Positions 58,116 to 64,000 of a stretch of 64,000 nucleotides of DNA are shown piece after piece. The stretch is taken from the NCBI GenBank assembly GCA_029977425.1, contig JAPOKX010000001.1, positions 11,813-75,812 on the forward strand. Direction: 5' to 3'. The first letter of the stretch is position 1. Each line of letters starts with the position of its first letter. Origin of the DNA: Actinomycetota bacterium (lineage in GTDB: Bacteria; Actinomycetota; Actinomycetes; S36-B12). Made by a program: the position numbers and the translations under genes. The notes under the pieces were generated by a model. The model ran no database searches and was not told where the DNA came from. It saw only the letters and a list, made by a program, of their open reading frames with translations.

Positions 58116-59275
58116 CGGGCCACCTCGTCGTCCGCCTCGCCATCGTCGACGCCGAGGCCCTCGACATCGACGCCGAGGCGCGCGTCCACATCGGACATCA
58201 CCGATCGCGACAGCTCCGGCTCCCCGAGTCGGCCCAGGATGTCGGCGAAGAAGCCCCGGACGACGAGGACGCGTGCGAGATCCTCGGGGATGCCACGGGC
58301 CTGCAGGTAGAACAGCTGCTCGTCGTCGAAGCGACCTGTGGCGCTCGCGTGGCCGGCTCCCTGGATCTCCCCCGTCTCCAGCTCGAGATTGGGGACGGAG
58401 TCGGCGCGTGCGCCGTCAGTCAGGATGAGATTGCGATTCACCTCGTAGGTGTCGATGCCCACGGCCTGAGCACGCACGAGCACATCCCCGATCCACACGG
58501 TGTGCGCGCCCTCGCCCTGCAGTGCGCCCTTGTAGAGCACGGAGCTGGAGCAGTGGGGAGTGTCGTGATCGACGAACACTCGGTGCTCGAGGTGCTGTCC
58601 GGAATCGGCGAAGTAGAGGCCGAGGAGCTCGGCCTCCCCGCCCGGTGCGGCATAGGACACCAACGGGCTCAGGCGCACGAGATCACCGCCGAGGGTCACG
58701 TGTGCCATCAGCAGTCGTGCGTCTCGGCCGAGGTGCGCCGCATGGGTGCCCACGTGCACCGCATCGCGATCCCAGGCCTGGTGGGAGATGACCGTTGCCT
58801 GGGCGCCGTCGCCCAGGCGAATCTCGATGTTGCCGGCGAGGACCGCCGAGCCACGATGCTCGATGACGACGGTGCCCTTGCTGAACGGTGCGAACTCGAT
58901 GACGAGGTGGCTCGCCGCGGGGACGCCTTGGCCGGTCATCACGACGCGGGCGCGTCCCATGGCCTCGGCGGCGAGCGAGAGCACCACGGCGCCCGCCGAG
59001 CCGGTCAGCGCCTGCGCGGCCACGATGTCCGTGGGAACGAGCGTCGCGCCCACACGTGGGTCATCGACCGTGACCGTCTCCGCAACGAAGCCCTCGGACT
59101 CGATCGCCAGCCCCACGCTGCCCGAGAGGTCGAGGCTCCCGGTGTGCAGTCCGCGTAGCCGGTCGAGGGGCGTGAAGCGCCACTCCTCCTCGCGCCCCGA
59201 CGGGACCGGGTGATCTGCGACGGCGCGCGAGCGAACAGTCGGCGAGTGGTCGCTCGCCGGGATGGTGACGGACAT
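58112..59275 (-). CDS. sufD: Fe-S cluster assembly protein SufD
   Basis: 387 aa with the beta-helix SufBD-family C-terminus (FDDEQLFYLQARGI). 1-nt overlap with the sufB stop. Confidence 0.9.
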   Translation of the reverse strand: MSVTIPASDHSPTVRSRAVADHPVPSGREEEWRFTPLDRLRGLHTGSLDLSGSVGLAIESEGFVAETVTVDDPRVGATLVPTDIVAAQALTGSAGAVVLSLAAEAMGRARVVMTGQGVPAASHLVIEFAPFSKGTVVIEHRGSAVLAGNIEIRLGDGAQATVISHQAWDRDAVHVGTHAAHLGRDARLLMAHVTLGGDLVRLSPLVSYAAPGGEAELLGLYFADSGQHLEHRVFVDHDTPHCSSSVLYKGALQGEGAHTVWIGDVLVRAQAVGIDTYEVNRNLILTDGARADSVPNLELETGEIQGAGHASATGRFDDEQLFYLQARGIPEDLARVLVVRGFFADILGRLGEPELSRSVMSDVDARLGVDVEGLGVDDGEADDEVAR

Positions 59276-60687
59276 CAGCCGACGGCTCCTTCCATCTGGA
59301 GCTCGATCAGCCGGTTGAGCTCCAGCGCGTACTCCATCGGCAGCTCGCGCGCGATGGGCTCGACGAAGCCGCGCACGATCATGGCCATCGCCTCGTCCTC
59401 CGTCATGCCTCGGGACATGAGGTAGAAGAGCTGGTCCTCGCTGATCTTGGACACCGTCGCCTCATGGCCCATGGAGACATCGTCCTCGCGCACGTCGACG
59501 TAGGGGTAGGTGTCGCTGCGCGAGATGTCATCGACCAGCAGGGCGTCGCACTTGACGGTGCTCTTCGCGCCATGGCAGCCCTCGAGCACCTGCACGAGCC
59601 CGCGGTAGGAGGTGCGCCCTCCCCCGCGCGCCACCGACTTCGACACGATCGTCGACGACGTGTGGGGTGCGGCGTGAACCATCTTGGCTCCGGCGTCCTG
59701 GTGCTGACCCTCGCCCGCGAAGGCCACGGAGAGGGTCTCGCCCTTGGCGTGCTCGCCGAGCATCCACACGGCCGGGTACTTCATCGTCACCTTGGACCCG
59801 ATGTTCCCGTCGATCCACTCCATGGTGGCGCCCTGGTGCGCAGCGGCGCGCTTGGTGACGAGGTTGTAGACGTTGTTGGACCAGTTCTGGATCGTCGTGT
59901 AGCGACAGCGAGCGTCCTTCTTGACCACGATCTCCACCACTGCTGAGTGGAGTGAGTCCGAGGAGTAGATCGGCGCGGTGCAGCCTTCGACATAGTGCAC
60001 GTAGGCGCCCTCGTCGACGATGATCAGCGTCCGCTCGAACTGGCCCATGTTCTCCGTGTTGATCCGGAAGTAGGCCTGGAGCGGGATCTCGACGTTCACG
60101 CCGGGAGGCACGTAGATGAACGAGCCTCCCGACCACACTGCGGTGTTGAGTGCCGCGAACTTGTTGTCGCCGACGGGAATCACCGAGGTGAAGTACTCGC
60201 GGAAGAGGTCCTCGTGCTCGCGCAGGCCCGTGTCGGTGTCCAGGAAGATGACGCCCTGCTCCTCGAGGTCCTCGCGGATCTTGTGGTAGACGACCTCGGA
60301 CTCGTACTGGGCTGCCACGCCGGCGATGAGCCGCTGCTTCTCAGCCTCGGGGATGCCCAGCCGGTCATACGTCGACTTGATGTCATCGGGCAGCTCGTCC
60401 CAGCTTGTGGCCTGCTTCTCCGTCGAGCGGACGAAGTACTTGATGTTGTCGAAGTCGATCCCACTCAGGTTGGAGCCCCATGCGGGCATGGGCTTCTTCT
60501 CGAAGAGCCGCAGGCCCTTGAGTCGCAGGTCGAGCATCCACTCGGGCTCTCCCTTGAGCGCGCTGATCTCGCGCACGACGTCCTCGTTGAGGCCACGCTT
60601 CGCCTGGGCGCCGGCCACGTCCGGATCGTGCCACCCGTACTCGTAGCGGCCGAGGCCGTCGAGCTCGGGATGTGAGGTCGTCGTCAT
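59275..60687 (-). CDS. sufB: Fe-S cluster assembly scaffold SufB (no intein)
   Basis: The start was trimmed to the ATG at 60687 (MTTTSHPEL), giving 470 aa. It reads YEYGWHD...[18 protein letters not shown] overlap with the sufR stop. Confidence 0.95.
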   Translation of the reverse strand: MTTTSHPELDGLGRYEYGWHDPDVAGAQAKRGLNEDVVREISALKGEPEWMLDLRLKGLRLFEKKPMPAWGSNLSGIDFDNIKYFVRSTEKQATSWDELPDDIKSTYDRLGIPEAEKQRLIAGVAAQYESEVVYHKIREDLEEQGVIFLDTDTGLREHEDLFREYFTSVIPVGDNKFAALNTAVWSGGSFIYVPPGVNVEIPLQAYFRINTENMGQFERTLIIVDEGAYVHYVEGCTAPIYSSDSLHSAVVEIVVKKDARCRYTTIQNWSNNVYNLVTKRAAAHQGATMEWIDGNIGSKVTMKYPAVWMLGEHAKGETLSVAFAGEGQHQDAGAKMVHAAPHTSSTIVSKSVARGGGRTSYRGLVQVLEGCHGAKSTVKCDALLVDDISRSDTYPYVDVREDDVSMGHEATVSKISEDQLFYLMSRGMTEDEAMAMIVRGFVEPIARELPMEYALELNRLIELQMEGAVG

Positions 60688-61349
60688 GCGGAGGTCCTCC
60701 GGTTCATGAGAGCGGGTACGAGGGTGGTGCATACGCCATCGCCACGTGCGATCGTGGCCAGGCGCAGGACATGGGTTCCCAGGAGTTGCTCGAAGGCCTC
60801 GGTCTCGGCCTCGCACAACTGAGGGAAGCGCGCGGCGGCGTGCCGCACGGGGCAGTGATGCTGGCACAGCTGTGGTCCGGTCTCAGTCTCCACCGTGGTC
60901 GCGGCATAGCCGTCCTGCGCGAGTCCGTCGGCCAGGAGCACGAGGCGCGCCTCGGTGTCCTGTCCTCCGGCCAGCGATACGCGCAGGCGCTCGACGAGCG
61001 TGTCCGCGCGCTGGCGCGCGAACGCGAGGACGGCCTGCTCTCCATACGTGCGCCCGAGGTAGTCCAGAGCCGAGACCGCGAGGTCGTCGTAGTCGACGTC
61101 GAAGGCATGGCTGCCCGCGTCCGTCAGCGAGAACACCCGCGCGGGTCGGCCTCGGCCGCGCACGGGCGTGGGTCCGAAGGGTCGCTGGTCGTCGGCCTGG
61201 ACGAAACCCTCGGCAACGAGTGCATCGAGATGGCGGCGGACGACCGTCGGGGTGTGGCCCAGGCGCCCGGCCAGCTCCGAGGCGGTCGCGGGACCGCCGT
61301 CGAGCAGCGAGCGGGCGACGCGCTCGGCACCGGGGCTGGGGAATTTCAC
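60684..61349 (-). CDS. sufR: SufR-type winged-HTH transcriptional repressor of the suf operon
   Basis: The start was trimmed to the GTG at 61349. The wHTH reads [30 protein letters not shown]-terminal Cys cluster ([22 protein letters not shown]) is present. It is the first gene of the suf operon. Confidence 0.75.
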   Translation of the reverse strand: MKFPSPGAERVARSLLDGGPATASELAGRLGHTPTVVRRHLDALVAEGFVQADDQRPFGPTPVRGRGRPARVFSLTDAGSHAFDVDYDDLAVSALDYLGRTYGEQAVLAFARQRADTLVERLRVSLAGGQDTEARLVLLADGLAQDGYAATTVETETGPQLCQHHCPVRHAAARFPQLCEAETEAFEQLLGTHVLRLATIARGDGVCTTLVPALMNRRTSA

Positions 61350-61361
61350 ACCCTTAGTGTG
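61347..61361. promoter_or_regulatory. Palindrome CACAC-N5-GTGTG overlapping the sufR start; candidate SufR operator
   Basis: A perfect 5-bp inverted repeat read at 61347-61351 and 61357-61361, in the sufR/ABC divergent region. Confidence 0.3.
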
Positions 61362-61435
61362 TCGCAAATCCGCGAATGCGCAACCCCGGGGCCTCCCTGG
61401 TCCGGAGGCGCGCGGGCCTGCGGGAGACTGCCCCC

Positions 61436-62350
61436 GTGGATGCGGCAGCGCTCGAGGGGGTCCGGGTGTCCTTCCCGGGCGGAAGAGATGCCCTCGCCGG
61501 CCTCGATCTGGTCGTCCCGCAGGGACGGGTGACCGCACTGCTCGGCCCCAACGGCGCAGGCAAGTCCACGACGGTGGCGGTGCTCGCGGGCCTCCTCCGG
61601 CCGGATGCCGGGAAGGCCCAGGTCCTGGGCGGGTCCCCGGGTCGCCCCGAGGCTCGCCGCCGGCTCCACGTCATGGTTCAGGACGACGGCCTGCCGACGG
61701 GAGCTCATGCGACGGAGATCGTCCGCCACGTGGCCCGCCTGCGCGGCGCGCCCGAGACCGCCGCGCCGATCATCGAACTGTTCGGACTCGCCTCGCTCGG
61801 TCGGACGACTATCCGGCGTCTCTCCGGCGGCGAGCGTCGGCGCGTGAGCCTCGCCTGCGCCCTGGTGGGGCATCCCGATTTCGTCATCCTGGACGAGCCC
61901 ACCGCCGGGCTGGACCCCCGCGGACGGGCCATCGTGTGGGAGGCGATCGCGGGTCTGCGCGCGTCAGGCCGGAGCGTTCTCCTGTGCACGCACCTCCTTG
62001 ATGAGGCAGAGGCGCTCGCCGACGACATCTCGATCATTGCCGCCGGCCACCTGCGCGCGAGCGGTCCGCTGGCCTCGCTGGTCCCGGGCGGCGCCGATGC
62101 CGTGACCTTCGACGGGCCCCTCCATCTCGACGTCGCCGGGCTCGTCCAAGCCCTTCCCGAGGGCGCACGCGGCGAGGAGGTCTCCCCCGGCCGCTATCGG
62201 ATCGAGGGCGGCGCCAGCCCGCAGATGCTCGCCACGGTGGCCTCCTGGTGCGCTCAACACGGAGTGCAGCCGCGCAACCTCAGCGTCGGGGGCGAGTCCC
62301 TGGCCGACGTGTACTGGCGACTCACCGAGGAGCGGGGAGATCACACGTGA
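61436..62350 (+). CDS. ABC transporter ATP-binding protein (ABC-2/DrrA-like)
   Basis: Carries GPNGAGKST, LSGGERRRVSLACAL and ILDEPTAGLD. The GTG at 61436 is preceded by GGGAGA. An alternative ATG is at 61376. Confidence 0.85.
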   Translation: MDAAALEGVRVSFPGGRDALAGLDLVVPQGRVTALLGPNGAGKSTTVAVLAGLLRPDAGKAQVLGGSPGRPEARRRLHVMVQDDGLPTGAHATEIVRHVARLRGAPETAAPIIELFGLASLGRTTIRRLSGGERRRVSLACALVGHPDFVILDEPTAGLDPRGRAIVWEAIAGLRASGRSVLLCTHLLDEAEALADDISIIAAGHLRASGPLASLVPGGADAVTFDGPLHLDVAGLVQALPEGARGEEVSPGRYRIEGGASPQMLATVASWCAQHGVQPRNLSVGGESLADVYWRLTEERGDHT

Positions 62351-63078
62351 TTGCGCAGGCAGGCTTCGAACTGCGGCTCCTGCTGCGCAACGGCGAGCAG
62401 CTCCTGCTCACCCTCGTCATTCCCGTGGCGCTTCTCGTCGGGATCACGCTCGTGCCCGCCGTTCCCCTGGATGCACCGGCGGGTGCCGCGCGCGTGCCGG
62501 AGGCCCTGGGCGGCGTGCTCGCCGTCGCGATCATCGCGAGTGCGTTCACCTCGCTCGCGATCAGCGTGGGATTCGATCGCCGATCGGGGGCCCTCGTCAT
62601 GCTGGCGACCACTCCCCTGTCGCGCCAGGCGATCCTGGGGGCCCGAGCGCTGGCCGCATTGGCCATGGTCGCTCTCCAGGTCCTGCTCCTGGCTCTCGCC
62701 GCGCTCGCGCTGGGGTGGCAGCCCACGGCGAGTGCGCTCGCACTGCCCGCATGGGTGATTCTCGGCACCGCCGCCTTCGCCGCCCTCGGTTTCGCCCTGG
62801 GGGGCGCCGTACGCGCGGAGGCCACCCTCGCGATCGCCAACGCGGTCTTCCTCGTGCTCCTGGCCGTGGGAGGCACGACCTTCCCCGCTTCAGAGCTTCC
62901 CGGTCCGCTTGCCACGGTGGTGTCCGTGCTGCCCTCCTCCACGCTCGCGGATCTCCTGCGGTGGAGCACCGGCACGGTCGGAGGAAGCGCAACCGCCCTG
63001 GTCGTGGACGCGGCACTCGTGCTCGCCTGGGGGATTGCCGGGGCGCTCATCGCATCGCGCACCTTCCGCTGGCGCTAG
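62347..63078 (+). CDS. ABC-2 type transporter permease
   Basis: The start was trimmed to the GTG at 62347 (GTGA overlap with the ATPase gene). It has six predicted TM helices. Confidence 0.8.
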   Translation: MIAQAGFELRLLLRNGEQLLLTLVIPVALLVGITLVPAVPLDAPAGAARVPEALGGVLAVAIIASAFTSLAISVGFDRRSGALVMLATTPLSRQAILGARALAALAMVALQVLLLALAALALGWQPTASALALPAWVILGTAAFAALGFALGGAVRAEATLAIANAVFLVLLAVGGTTFPASELPGPLATVVSVLPSSTLADLLRWSTGTVGGSATALVVDAALVLAWGIAGALIASRTFRWR

Positions 63079-63103
63079 TACGCCGTCGTCATAGGCTCGA
63101 ACC

Positions 63104-64000
63104 ATGACGGCGGAGACGACGGAACGCCCCGACACCCCCATCGTTTCGGCTGGCCGGGCTCCTCGCTGGCTGCGTGGCATCTTCATCGCCAACCTCGTCG
63201 CCCAGATCGCGATCGTCGTCACCGGCGGGATCGTCCGCCTCACCGGATCGGGCCTCGGCTGCCCCACCTGGCCCGAGTGCGTCGAGGGCTCCTACGTGCC
63301 GACGTCGCGGCAGGAGGAGGCCTGGCACAAGTACGTGGAATTCGGCAACCGCCTTCTCACCTTCGTGCTCGCCGCGCTCGCCATCGCCGCCATCGTCGGG
63401 GCCTTCGTCTGGTGGCGTCGCCAGCGGCGCGGCGGTGGACCGGGCAGGGGGCCGGTGCTCGCCCTGGCCGCGATTCCCATCGTCGGGACGGTCGTCCAAG
63501 CGGTCCTCGGTGGCATCACCGTCCTCACCGGCCTCAGTCCGTGGGCGGTGGGCGCGCACTTCCTGGTGTCCATCGCGATCATCGCCGGTTGCGTCGTGCT
63601 CGTGGTGCGCTCCGGGGAACCCGGCGACCGTCCCGTGACGCGGCTCGTCCGCCCCGAGGTGCGCATCCTCGGCTGGGCCCTCGTGTGGGTCACGTTCGTG
63701 GTTGTCGTGCTGGGGGTCGTCGTCACGGGCAGTGGCCCCCACTCCGGCGATGCCGACACGGAGGCGAGGTTCGGGTTCGACCCGCGCACGGTCGCCTGGC
63801 TCCACGCGGACGCAGTCCTTCTCTTCCTCGGCCTCACCGCAGGCTTCCTCGTCGCGCTGCGGGTGACCCGGGCTCCCGCGCGGACGATGCGCCTCACCCT
63901 GGTGCTGCTCGGCGTGGCCCTCGCGCAGGGACTCATCGGCTATGCGCAGTACTTCAGTGGACTGCCCTGGGTCCTGGTCGCCATCCACATGCTCGGCGCG
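63104..64000 (+). CDS. ctaA: Heme A synthase CtaA/COX15 (5' part; runs off the window end)
   Basis: I translated this myself from the ATG at 63104: MTAETTERPD...IVRLTGSGLGCPTWPECVEGSYVP...WHKYVEFGNRLL. The frame is open to base 64000. It is absent from the ORF track because it has no stop in the window. Confidence 0.85.
   Translation, partial: MTAETTERPDTPIVSAGRAPRWLRGIFIANLVAQIAIVVTGGIVRLTGSGLGCPTWPECVEGSYVPTSRQEEAWHKYVEFGNRLLTFVLAALAIAAIVGAFVWWRRQRRGGGPGRGPVLALAAIPIVGTVVQAVLGGITVLTGLSPWAVGAHFLVSIAIIAGCVVLVVRSGEPGDRPVTRLVRPEVRILGWALVWVTFVVVVLGVVVTGSGPHSGDADTEARFGFDPRTVAWLHADAVLLFLGLTAGFLVALRVTRAPARTMRLTLVLLGVALAQGLIGYAQYFSGLPWVLVAIHMLGA

Noticed and set aside
59275-60687. A possible intein in SufB, as in M. 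tuberculosis
   Set aside because: The trimmed protein is 470 aa with contiguous SufB sequence. There is no insertion and no intein splice-junction block.

Overview
This window is a gene-dense, high-GC actinobacterial core-chromosome segment with about 70 CDS. I saw no rRNA, tRNA, CRISPR array, transposase, integrase or phage genes. It reads as a mosaic of blocks that are syntenic with well-known Mycobacterium and Corynebacterium loci.

Gene content, in order:
- (1) mshC 3' end, gnd, pgi, a PAC2 protein, a HAD hydrolase and trmI.
- (1, continued) A complete Pup-proteasome locus (arc/mpa, dop, pup, prcB, prcA, pafA, two FKBP isomerases, pafB, pafC), followed by tatA, tatC, a DAG-kinase-like lipid kinase and helY.
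- (2) A 5'-3' exonuclease, an M24 peptidase, an acyl-CoA dehydrogenase, an amidohydrolase, lnt, ppm1, fxsA and rbpA.
- (3) A GDPD phosphodiesterase, a class-III aminotransferase, a small HAD-like phosphatase and a Na+/H+ antiporter.
- (4) gcvP behind a tandem glycine riboswitch, then the conserved MerR / bifunctional-nuclease / MerR(FtsR-like) / FHA(GarA-like) / gcvH module.
- (5) One long minus-strand run: orphan ABC ATPase, Fe-S (6-4)-photolyase-type protein, TrmH methyltransferase, copper-monooxygenase-like lipoprotein, membrane protein, pgsA.
- (6) serB, a SixA-like phosphatase, inhA/fabI, fabG, a TMEM175-like channel, a DUF3099 protein, SURF1, an SDR, an ABC exporter, an enoyl-CoA hydratase and an ABC-F ATPase.
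- (7) The suf operon (sufR-B-D-Rieske-C-S-U-T), an ABC-2 transporter and the 5' part of ctaA.

Many ORF-track starts were trimmed because high-GC shadow ORFs extend them, and many genes are joined by ATGA, GTGA or TGATG overlaps.

I found no clear mobile or defence island and no unambiguous new system. The best candidates for undescribed biology are:
- a PHM/DBH-type two-copper lipoprotein translationally coupled to a membrane protein and pgsA;
- an orphan ABC ATPase coupled to an Fe-S photolyase and an RNA methyltransferase;
- a GarA/OdhI-position FHA protein with an added N-terminal zinc-ribbon;
- a Rieske protein embedded in the suf operon.

Several small DNA-level signals (palindromes, a 16-bp tandem repeat, candidate promoters) are also listed. 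All family assignments rest on motifs read by eye. No database search or computation was run.
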